Shown in pieces: positions 37,601-48,093 of a DNA stretch of 64,000 nucleotides. The notes beneath the pieces were generated by a model, which was given only the letters and a program-made list of their open reading frames with translations, was not told the DNA's origin and searched no databases. This DNA comes from Takakia lepidozioides (taxonomy: Eukaryota > Plantae > Bryophyta). How positions within the stretch are numbered: the stretch's first letter is position 1; each line of letters begins with the position of its first letter. The stretch lies in the NCBI GenBank assembly GCA_030704615.1, contig CM060731.1:28768001-28832000 (forward strand). Reading direction: 5' to 3'. A program made the translations under genes and the position numbers.

Positions 37601-39445
37601 AATTTTGCACCAAGAAACATGAAGTGCTCAGCTCAAACAGTGTGCGTTGCCGCACACTGTGTGGGCTGACAGTGAAGGGTTCATTTCATCCTCAAACAGG
37701 TGCCCTGAAGACAAATTTTGCACCCTATAACATTGAAATGTTCAGCTCAAACAGTGTGCGTTGCCGCACACTGTTTGGGCTGACAGTGAAGGGTTCATTT
37801 CATCCTCCAAACAGGTGCCCGTGAAGACCAATTTGCACCCAGAAAAACATGAAATGTTCAGCTCAAACAGTGTGCGTTGCCGCACACTGTTTGAGCTGCA
37901 GCACTGTTCATTTCATCCTGAGATAGGTGCCCCTGAAGTCAAAATTTTGCACCAAGAAACATTGAAGTGCTCAGCTCAAACAGTGTGTGCGTTGCCGCAC
38001 CCTGTTTGGGCTGCAGTGAAGGGTTCATTTCATCCTCAAACAGGTGCCCCTGAAGACCCAAATTTTTGCACCCAGAACATTGAAATGTTCAGCTCGAACA
38101 GTGTGCGTTGCCGCACACTGTTTGGGCTGACAGTGAAGGGTTCATCTCATCCTCAGAGAGGTGCCTCTGAAGTCCAAATTTTGCACCCTGAAACATTGAA
38201 GTATTCACTCAAACAGTGTGCGTTGCCGCACACTGTTTGGGCTGACATTGAAAGGGTTCATTTCATCCTCAAATGGTGCCCCTGAAGTCCAAATTTTGCA
38301 CCCTGAAACATTGAAGTGTTCAGCTCAAACAGTATGCGTTGCCGCACACTGTTTAAGCTGACAGTGTGTAGGGTTCATTTCATCCTCAGATAGGTGCCCC
38401 TGGAGTTCAAATTTTCCACCCTGAAACATTGAAATGTTCAGCTCAAACAGTGTGCGTTGCCGCACACTGTTTGAGCTGGTAGGCAGGGTTGGGTTCATTC
38501 CATCCTCAGAAAGGTACCCATGAAGTCCAAATTTTGCACCCTTAAACATTGAAATGTTCAGCTCAAACAGTGTGCGTTGCCGCACACTGTTTGAGCTGGC
38601 ATTGCAGGTTCACTCCATCCTCAGGAAAGGTACCCATGAAGTCCAAATTTTGCACCCTTAAACATTGAAATGTTCAGCTCAAACAGTGTGCGTTGCCGCA
38701 CACTGTTTGAGCTGCGCAGTGCAGGGTTCATTCCATCCTCAGAAAGGTGCCCCTGAAGTCCAAATTTTGCACCCAGAAACATTGAAATGTTCAGCTCAAA
38801 CAGTGTGCGGCGCCGCACACTGTTTGGGCTGGCGGGAAGGGTTCATTTCACCTGCAGAAACTGACTGCAAGGCCAATTGCACCCTACAACATTGAAAAGA
38901 TCTGCTCAAACAGTGTGCGTTGCCGCACACTGTTTGAGCTGGCAGTGCGGGGTCATTTCATCCTCAGAAAGGTGTGTTGAAAAGGAAGAATTTTGCACCC
39001 TAAACAGTGACATGTGACAGCTAAAAAGGGTGCGGCAACGCACACTGTTTGAGCTGCGTGAATGGTTCTTTCTTTCACAAAATACCTGCCATTGAAAGCC
39101 GATTCTTCACAAATATGGGTCCTGTAGATTTTACCTTTTTCCAGCTACTCGAGAAGACTCCCAGTTGCCGGGGACCCTTTCCGCTTCGGGCTGCTCTCTT
39201 CGCCGACTATGTAGGGTGAGCCTCTCCCCCTTCCTCTTTCCCGTGGTCAGATCGTTCGTGAGGCCAGTGTCAACATCTTCCTCCATGTCGTCTGTCTCTC
39301 CCTCAGACGCAGTGTCCTCCTCGCTTGTTCCTGGAACTATGGTGGGTTGTTTGTTCTTCTCCAGATTCCTGCTCCTCCATCGCCACACTTTCCTGTATTC
39401 CTCTTCTTCCTCCTTTTCCTCTTCCTCCACTCTTTCCATCCTCAT
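31619..39445 (-). CDS. MULE accessory gene (multi-exon, frameshifted as assembled): acidic N-terminus, ParB/Srx-like segment, beta-class N4C/N6A DNA methyltransferase-like C-terminus
   Basis: In-frame GT-AG joins 39135>35288, 32341>32214, 31929>31812. ParB-like: VRP..DILKLEAEFVHG..FYVS..FHVLDGNHPLLAW. MTase-like: (A)DLIILD..FFLSDAGVLVLI..PWRGARERSPAFIQTIVECCTYTDARVLDLSMGT|GASYHACKASARHVFGIEGDAEIY. Start codon and middle exons uncertain. Confidence 0.72.
32549..32780. repeat. ~113-bp tandem duplication spanning an acceptor and exon start
   Basis: GTCCAAGATGATGAGTCCGC..AAACGATCCATG occurs twice. Confidence 0.85.
33117..33252. repeat. ~68-bp tandem duplication
   Basis: CTCTGAAGGAGGGCAATC..GACCCAGTCAT occurs twice. 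Confidence 0.85.
35430..39060. repeat. Tandem array of about 30 x ~119-bp units, each with an 18-bp-stem palindrome
   Basis: Core CAGCTCAAACAGTGTGCG-TTGC-CGCACACTGTTTGAGCTG flanked by AAATTTTGCACCC..AAACATTGAAATG and GGGTTCATTTCATCCTCA..GGTGCCCCTGAAGTCC. Confidence 0.95.
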
Positions 39446-40576
39446 TCTATATCTAGTTCTATTCCTGTTTCTAGAACTCGTGAAGTATAATGACTTCCTT
39501 CTCTTCTCCTCCGCTGGAAACAAGGGCTCCCCACGATGCCCCTGGAGCTCTCCAGTTTGACGTTTGCAACAAGTGCTGTATCGCATGTAACAAAAATAAA
39601 AATGGATGTTGTCAACCGTATATTTTTGGGGGTTGAGGTGTGATATTGTGTGCGAACGGAATTCATCCATTTTGTCGTCTTTGTATTACCCAGCTAATAA
39701 AGCGCCGAAGAAAAAGAACATCCGTTGCATGCATTTGCGATATATGTCAGATGTTACTTCGCCGCATGCCAATACATGGCGCCTCCTTGCCTTCTTTCAA
39801 ATTCGAATGCGCCGTAGTAGAAATGTAGTGCTTTTTTCAATTCCGAGCAGTTCTTCCAGATTCGCAATAATTGTTATGCTTCACATATGCCTCCACGTGT
39901 GTTGTACTGCATGCCCTGTGGTTTTTTTTATGCCGTGACCGTCCCCATGGGGTCATTCGGTATAAAGGATTGTGTCGGATATGACCATGTGTTGCACACA
40001 TTCGTGCGAGGTATCTCTTGGAGTGTCGGTGTTTGTTCTGTGCTATTCTGGCGCAACACAATCTCATTACAATCGGATCTTCCTGTTTACTGCTCTCCAG
40101 GGTTGTTGCCGTCATTTCATAATGGATGGTTTCATGTCATTTTCAGGGTTTGTTTTCCATCCAAAAACAGTACGGCTTCTTGTGGCTCTGGTCTTTCAAA
40201 ACGGTTTTTCTGTTTGGTGGGAGGTGAAGGTGCACGTCATCCCTACATCCTTGGCATGCATCGCCGGCAGCCTTTGGTTTGGTGCTACCCTTGTTGACCT
40301 CAGTTTGCTTGGTGGTGGTATTTCCACTTTCGATAATTACGGGCTCTCAGTTCGGGGATTCCGTTCTGAATCGGCAGTTTCGTTCAGTGCTGGAAAACAT
40401 GTCGAGGGAGCGAGAGAGATGCACTCGCTCGATTCATTCCAATGCAGGTACTCTCCACTGACTGCCACTGCAGACGACGATGGGTATGCAGTTGTTCATG
40501 AGGATGAGCTGGTTACAGTGTTCCCGCGTTCTCTGCTTTCGAGTTGGGGGTTCTCTGCTTGTTCAGAAAGAGGTGT

Positions 40577-43500
40577 ATGACGAGGATGGGAATTTGGATT
40601 CTGGGCACTTGGAGAAACCCTTGGTTGGCGAGTGTGGAAGGAAAGTGGAGAGTCCTTCCAGGAACATACCGTGTCCTTGGAAAAGAGAGAGAAGACAACA
40701 GCAGGATCAGTCGTTACCCCTGGCACTGCAGCATCGGTCGTGCAACAGAAGGGCACAGTTCCTGTGAAACAAGAGGTGAGCACATCCACTACCTTCGTTA
40801 CTCTTTCGGACTCGTCCTCGGAGGATGATGTTTCTGAGATTCCTCCGCCAGTGCAAACTCCCTTATTGGATGATGACGAATTGCAAGAGATAACAAGTGT
40901 CATTCCAAAATGAAATGAAAGCCCTCGCAGGTGTGCCTGGGTGCAAGAGCGAGCTACGTTTTGTTGATTGGGAGTCCCTTCCAGTGCAACAGGTTCAATA
41001 CGTGCCAGCTCAGTTTGATGGGGACATCTTGTTTGAGCTCAACCCTCCCACGTCTTCCAGTGGACTAGCTTTGCTTCTGCAGGGCATGGACAAGAAACAT
41101 GACGGACATCCTTGGTGCAGGACAAAAACTTCGAACATCCATAACGACATTGGCTTGAAATTTCGGAGGTCGGTTTTGCGTTGGGCATTGCAAGTGCCTG
41201 AATATTTCTTGCCCTCCTCGGCTGAGAAACAGCGCTCAGCCAAACGAAAGTGAGTGGGAAGGTGTGCCCCTGAATCCTTTCACCCCAGGGCTTGCACCTC
41301 CCAAGACCAATACTTTTGTGTGCAGGTTCTGCAAACTTTCCCCGTCCTGTGTTTCTGTTTGCCACGCTCGTATGTATCAGGTGGCACATCGATGCAAGAC
41401 AATGACTCGTGCCTGCATTCATATGGGTGCACACGAGCATCCTGTGTCCAAAGGGAGTTGCAGGGATAGCGTGGACATCGCTAGAAATCTACTGAAGCAA
41501 GAGTTCCATAATGCCCCTTCTGCAACACCTTCTGCTATAGCGCTTGCAGCTAGCAAGGCATTCCTGGAAAAAACATACTGGGTGAAGGGATGCGACACAG
41601 CCAATGCTGGATGGATGCAGATTCCCTTGAGGCAGTCAGTCATGGACCATTTCTCCGTGTTGAGCTCTCCCAATATTCGAAACCAGTGTGAATGCACTCA
41701 GAATGGGGCACAGGCACTGCTGGTTGGATTCATGGACAACATTATGGACCTCAAACGGAGGAGTCGCTATGAATTCATTCAAAACAGTATCTCCCTGGCC
41801 AGGGCTCGTCCAAAGTGTATTTGTTCAAGATGTCCGCTGTGTGGGCCAAGGCAGTGTGGTGTGAGCATTGTCCGCCGAATGCAACCTGGAGGAGATTTGG
41901 CTAAATGTTGGTTAATGTTTGATCACTGCAACGGAACGGGTGAAGGGTTGGACAACATGGCGTGCCATGTGTTATGATCCAGCGTACCAGCGTGTGCTCT
42001 CCATAGCAATTTGTGATATGCAGTCGGAGGACACTGAATCCCAGATGCTCATGTGGAATTCCCTCCTGACCGTCATGCAGCGCAATGGAAACAGAACACA
42101 AATTTTGCGGGCTTCATGGCTGATAGTGCACAGGCAAATTTCAATGCAGTGCGGCGCGTGTGTTTGGTTCTGGGGATCCTAAGGTCCCCATGGAAAATAG
42201 GGAGAGCGCACATGCCTCTTCCATTGGAGTCAATCTCTGGCACGTCATACAAAGCGCTGCATTCGCCCTGACCTTCAGTTGGAGCATAGAAGGCTCTGTC
42301 TGAAGTACAAGAATGCCACCTCAATGGGAGAAGCTGAGAGCACTTACCAGGCAATCCGGGATTGGTGGTTCTCCGCTGGTGCTGCTACAGGTATCCACCT
42401 GAAGGAGTTGGAGGACTGGTTGGTGTTTCTGGCACTTCAGGTACAGACAGTGGGGGGAGCTTTCATGACGACGGTAAGCCTCACAAGTTTTCCTTAAACA
42501 CAAATTGCACTTTGCATCGTGCCTGTTCATTTGGGGTTGTTCGATTGTCACTTGAAAACCTCTACCATTTCTTTTCCTTCCTCACATTTCCATGCAATGC
42601 CTCCTGCAGGACATGTCCTTGGAGGACTTGGCCGACATGCCATCGTGTAATTTGGCAGAGACTGTTCACAACGCCTGGATGCAACAGTCTACCAAAGCAG
42701 GTCGTGACTTGTATGTGGCCACTGCTGATGACATGGTGCGGGCACTTAACCAAACCAGGTACCGCAAGTTTTAACTGGGAACGTCGTTCTGTGGACGGGT
42801 GGAGGGAAGGGCCCCGATTCAATTTTCTGATGGGACGGGGTGGAGGGAAGGGCCCGATGACTTTGTGATGTAAGGGCGCGAGTAGGTCGGAGACCGTCAA
42901 AGATGGCCAGAGCTCTAAACAGGTGCACTGAAGGCTCCCCTCTGCAATCCAGGCTCCCCCATTGGAAGGCGAGGAAAGATTTGGATCATGCAAAAGGAAA
43001 TTAAACACTCTTCCAGGTCAGATGGAGATTCCATAGGCCAGACAGGGTCAATTTCTCTGTGCCAAAGGTGTCTCCAGTGCAGACTAAGTCCTGTGCCGGC
43101 CCCTTCCCAGGTGGGTCCTCCTCCTGTGGAGCAGGTGCAGACATGCAAGCATAGCAGCGGAAATCCCATTGGAGGAGGTGGTGGCCATGGTGCAGGAATC
43201 TGATTGCATTGATAGTGACTGGCATATAGAACGCACCCCACCAGGATCTAGAGTGGCTTGCATGGCAATCGGACCCCCTCTTTCAAGAAATGCAAATCAA
43301 AAATATGCAAAGGCTCCAGGGGGACTCCAGCTCCAACATTCACAGGGTGTTCCGACCTTACCATAGTGGGGAGTCAAAAGAACACAAGTTTTGGTTCTGC
43401 CCAGACGATATGGCACGATGCGTGAAGGGAACAGTTCGTCCTTCCGTGATAATGAAGCCCCCTCCCCCGCAATTTGGCCTGTGAAAATTGGGACATCGCT

Positions 43501-44058
43501 GTCCTCAACCGAGATAAGCATGCTGGAGGAGGGAGGGTTTTGTCTTGCACGGTCCCGGGTGGTGCCCTTATGCACTGTCGGCACAGATGTGCCACATGCT
43601 CCGACAATGCCTCCACCCTGGTGCCGACTCCCACCCAACAAAAAGAGATGGAAAAAACAGTGCGCCGTGTTGCTTCGGGTGCAGATCACGAATGCAAGAT
43701 GGAATCGGCTAGAATTTTGCAGGCTACGGTGACTCGTAGCACCGAAGTCCCTTCCCCGAGGTATGGACGGATTTACACAGTGCTCAATTGGCTCAGTTCT
43801 TCATGCCAAAGAATATCAAGTTACCATTGGGAATTTCCCATCGTGCACTTGTCCGGATTTGTAACGATGCGTGAGGGCGCTCTCGGCATGAGAGGGAAGT
43901 GGGTCCCCTGCAAGCATCAATATTACATATACCTTGTAATTATGTGTTGCGACGGTAAGAGAGACCAATTCATTCACCAAGCCACACTAGGCTACGGAGA
44001 AGTCATCACCCTTCTGCAGCGGGACACCTCGCGTAGAGCTCCGCCAACTTCTCTTTGA
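40577..44058 (+). CDS. MULE-type DDE transposase with N-terminal GCM/WRKY-like Zn finger and C-terminal SWIM finger (frameshifted as assembled; intron ~42474-42610)
   Basis: DGHPW..C..C..CHARMY..IHMGAHEHP; MFDH (D), GFMADSAQAN (D), CLFHW (CxxH), CNLAETVHNAW (E); PSCTCPD..VPCKH (SWIM). Confidence 0.8.
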
Positions 44059-44474
44059 ACACATACGAGCCATGCCCGCTTCCCATGCTGGTTTCCAGTT
44101 GCCGTGTGAAGACTTTTCATTTATGACAAACATATACATTTCGTTCACTTGTGAGGGCAAATGCACTTGCGATTCATTGTAAGCGTCTCTCTGTGAATTG
44201 AAATAAACTGTGTCAATCATTCTGAGCTCAAATCTGCCATGTTTACATATTCCTCTTTTTTGGCACGCATTGCAGACATGGTGCATGGTGGCCTCCTTTG
44301 TTTTGTCCACGGTAATAGGCCCTCTTCCTGCAATCCTCGCCTATAGACCTGCTTCTCCAGCAGATTCATGCCGCTCACGCTTCCCTGAAGCGTGAGCTCA
44401 GCTCACGCTTCAAAGCTTGAACGTGAGCTCAGCTCCCAGGCTCACGGGGCTGGGCTCACGCCGTAGCTACGCTG

Positions 44475-46481
44475 CTGGGCCCTCATTCACAGGAGCTCTC
44501 ATCTCATTCTGGTGTCTAATCCAGAATGAACAGGCTGCCTTGCGATGTCCTGCTTGATTACAATAGTAACATAGTTCTTCACCATTGGGTCCTCGCCCTT
44601 GGTCTGCTCTTGGATTATTTCTGTAATCCTGATTCCCGGGCTGGTAATTCCCCCTTGGATTACCCTGATAGTTGCCTCTGGAATTTCCTTGGTAATTCCC
44701 TCTTGAATTACCTCTCCCTTCCATGCCATTGTTATAACCACCAGACCTACCATAGTGGTCCTGATCATTGTTTCTTCTTGGCTGGGGCTGCACCTGATGC
44801 ACCCTTACTTGCCTAGGTTCTCTTGAAGCTGTCCTTCTGTTGTAGTAACAATTCTCAGTAGAATGGTTATCCATTTTATAGATAGTACAGTGTTTCTCCT
44901 TCATGTGGCATTCTGTGGTGGTATGGCCTTCATTCTGGCACTTTGCACACCATACACCCTTCCTCCAATGTGTTGCAGCCTCTGTGGCATACTTCTTCAA
45001 GATTTCTTCCAATCTTTTCTCATAGTTATCCCTCTTCAACTTCTCCTTTCTCTTACTCTTCCTTTTTAGTTCTTGCTCTTCTTCTTCATCTGACTCATCC
45101 TCAGAGTCTTCATCATCCCTTTTCTCTATCCTGAGCATCCCAATTGCTCAATTCTGTTTGCAGTTTCAAATGCCTCCTCCACTGTATTATGGGGTAACAA
45201 ATCCACTTTCTTTTGCAACTCTGGTCTTAGTCCACTCACAAACCAAGTCTTCTGTAAACCTGGTGCTGGTACTGCAGCCAGCTTTCTTATCATCAATTCC
45301 ATTTTTTCCATATACTCCTCAACAGTTTCATGCTTCTTTTGCTTTAACTGTTGTAAACTTCCATACACTTCATCCTCGGTTTTACTTGTCCTGAACCTAT
45401 TTCGGAATGCTGTATTCAAGCCATTCCAGGTTAGGAAATGATTATCAGGGAATCTTGCATACCATTCACTTGCTTTCTTGATAAGTGAACAAGGAAACAA
45501 TCTCATCTTGGCATCATCGCCATTCTCATTGTTCACTATACACATGTGCTCAAATTGGCTAATGTGTACATCGGGATCCCCTTTTCCTGAATATATTGGA
45601 AAAGGTGGTTTTGCCCGTGTTGGTTGTAACGCCATCTGTGGCCCTACCTTTTGCCCACTGACAGGTGCTGGCACCCTTGCTGGTGCTGGTCCTTCTGGAC
45701 CTGGTCCTTCTGGACCTGTTGTTGTTGTGGTGGATCTTCCACCAAGTGGTGGCCCTTGAGCACTCCCTGCTTCTGGCCCCACGATATTCACAGTATTCCC
45801 AGCTTCAGTTGCACTACTTCCCACACTCCCTGTCCCCCCAGAGCCAGATCCAGGCAGCCCGCCTGATCCCCCTGAGCCGACACCTTCGTTGGCCTGTGAT
45901 CCAAGTGCTCCACTTGATCCAGGTCCAACGGGTTGGGATGTCCTGGTTGTAGTCTCAACCTCAGCTGTTGGGTCTACTTCTTCATACTCTTCCTCTTCCA
46001 ATTTCTTCTATCTGTTTTCATCCTCCAAGTTCTGCCCTTGGGTTTCTTCTTCACTCATGTAACTCAACTGCAATGGTGTTGGAGAGTCTGAACTCTCCGT
46101 TGGCTCTGCCACATCCTCTCCTCCTTCTTCACCTTCCGCTTCAGAAACTGGAGTTCCTGCTTTTGGTGTTCCATGCCAACTCTTATCAAAGATTTCTGTC
46201 AAATCTTTTATCCAGGGATGTACCTCAGATCTCTCACCTCGTGATTGCTCTTCTTCCCGTACCAATTCCCTTAATCTTTCTTGCAAAGAAAAAGAAGGAG
46301 TGGCATCCAACTCTAGTTCTTCCGGTATGGGTGATGTACTCTCTGATCTTAATGGTGTGAGAGGTCCAGATGATTCCCCTATGTCTATTCCTCTCTCCCA
46401 AAGATATGGATAATTAGCTTTCAGATAGCTTTCTCTTTTTGCTGAATATCTCTGACGTCTAGCTTCTCTTTCATCACTCAT
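44475..46481 (-). pseudogene. gag of copy C
   Basis: FPIYSGKGDPDVHI..FPCSLIKKASEWY..LKQKKHETVEEY; zinc knuckles CAKCQNEGHTTTEC and CYYCNQAGHRKAAC. Confidence 0.92.
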
Positions 46482-47070
46482 GTCCTATGTCTTTCATTTC
46501 TTTTAATGTGGCAATAACCAAAACTCTCTTCAGTAATATCTCTCGTATATGCCTGGGTTTCTTTCTAGCTTCAATGCACCCTTGGCTATACTAGAAGTCT
46601 CCGTTACCATATAACCATATGGCAAACAAGTCTGGAAAGTTGTTCTTGGTGTGAGTTTGATCCACAAAATATCCTTTGGAATCCAATTCTTTACCAGTAC
46701 AAGCTCTTCATGCATATGAGTATAAACATTCACCTTTCTTTCCTCCCAGCCTTCAGACTCTACTCGCTTAATGGATAGCAATGCTATCACATAAACCAGT
46801 GTTGGTAACCAACGTGCTCTTCCTCTACAGGCCACCTGATAAATCTTTATCACTCCTTTCTCCAGACCCCATTCAGGGTCAGCATCATGCACTCTCTTAA
46901 GAATGTTTTCTTTACAACCGTCTGGCAATTCCAAGAACCTCTGAAAGAATCGTTTGGATAATCTTTCCTTCTCAGTTTCACAAGGAATTTGATTTACATC
47001 AAATTCTTTAATTCTCCAACCACCATGATCCCACCAGATGTCTGTCACATCTGGTTGTTCATGACCCAGT

Positions 47071-47088
47071 TCCCCAGTATGGTCGCCA
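47071..47088 (-). promoter_or_regulatory. Primer-binding site, probably tRNA-Arg
   Basis: TGGCGACCATACTGGGGA 2 nt after the LTR; complementary to a tRNA ending GGTCGCCA. Confidence 0.7.
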
Positions 47089-47090
47089 AA

Positions 47091-48093
47091 TGTCACGCGG
47101 CTTTTACTCACCCATCCCTTCGCTATCCGAGGTGGAAACTCCAAGATAGAAGAGTTGGAAATCTCTAAGCACTCAGCCCGCTCAGAACAATCAGTCATGA
47201 CCTACAGCTAGTGTATCATGGGGTTGTTTCCTATTTGTTTTCCTTTCCGCATTCATATTAGCTGGTTACCTTACTGTTGGTAATTAAGTATCAGTTTGCT
47301 TCAGCAATCTATCGGATTCCATCATCTCATCCATTCATTCCACAGCTTCACTCAGATCTCTCTACACAGTGTGAATATGAAGTATGTATCAGATTAATAT
47401 CTATCAAGTATCAGGCTGAAGCCATGGAGTCTCTAATCTGCTCTACATTACAACCCTACTGCTTGCATTCATTAAGCATCAACAGATCGTCCTCCTCCTA
47501 TTATGTGCTCTCTCTCTCTCCTTCCGCTCAGAGATGCGGTCTCTCCCCTTTCCTCCCGTGATGTCCGAACTTCCCCCCCCCCCAGCAGCGATTCCCCCAA
47601 GAAGTGATCTTTTTCCCGTCCTCGCTCCTCGCTTTATCTTCCTACCCGTTGTTCTAACCGTTTCCCTCACTAACCGTCATCCATGTACTAACATGTTCCA
47701 TTCGTAGATGTTGTTCCCCCCAGTCGTTCCCTGTCCTGCTATCCGTTCCCTATGGTCGTGACAGCTGTGTCAAGCTGTGACTGGCTGTGCGACTGTGTCG
47801 AGCTGTGACTGACTGTGACGGCTGTGTCTGGCTGTGACTGGCTGTGACGGGCTGTGTCGGCTGTGACGAGCTGTGTTGGCTGTGACGGGCTGTGTTGGCT
47901 GTGTCGGACTGTGTCGGCTGTGTTGGCTGTGACGGGCTGTGTTGGCTGTGTCGGACTGTGACGGGCTGTGTAACCCCCTTCTAAAGTGCGCTGCTGTCAC
48001 CCCTAAGGCTCCTGTTGGTCTCAGTCTGTGCTAAAACTAAGGGTACCCCACAGATCCCGTATAAGTGTTTAAGTCCCAGACAGTCCTCTAACA
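47091..48093 (-). repeat. 5' LTR of copy C (1,003 bp)
   Basis: TG..CA, followed by PBS; outer flank AGGCG lies in the integrase of element A. Confidence 0.95.

Larger units (their letters stand above)
30833..44474. mobile_element. 13.6-kb Mutator-like DNA transposon
   Basis: 9-bp TSD CTGTGCCCT (30824-30832) / CTGGGCCCT (44475-44483); removing it restores gag in frame (NEGPVVAAHM); imperfect ends GCTAnnnCGTGAGC with clustered CGTGAGC motifs; transposase inside. Confidence 0.9.
21101..48093 (-). mobile_element. Full-length non-chromovirus Ty3/gypsy element (copy C; Athila/Phygy/Selgy grade), ~13.3 kb after removing the MULE
   Basis: LTRs 47091-48093 and 21101-22092, PBS, gag-PR-RT-RH-INT order, GPY/F-like end without chromodomain, sense extra ORF, PPT at 22093-22110. 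Confidence 0.93.

Noticed and set aside
35430-39060. CRISPR array
   Set aside because: Sequence between the palindromes is homologous from unit to unit, so there are no unique spacers; no cas genes; eukaryotic intron context.
39972-40580. 202-aa ORF between the divergent MULE genes
   Set aside because: Non-ATG listed start and no recognisable motif; may be leader or intron sequence.
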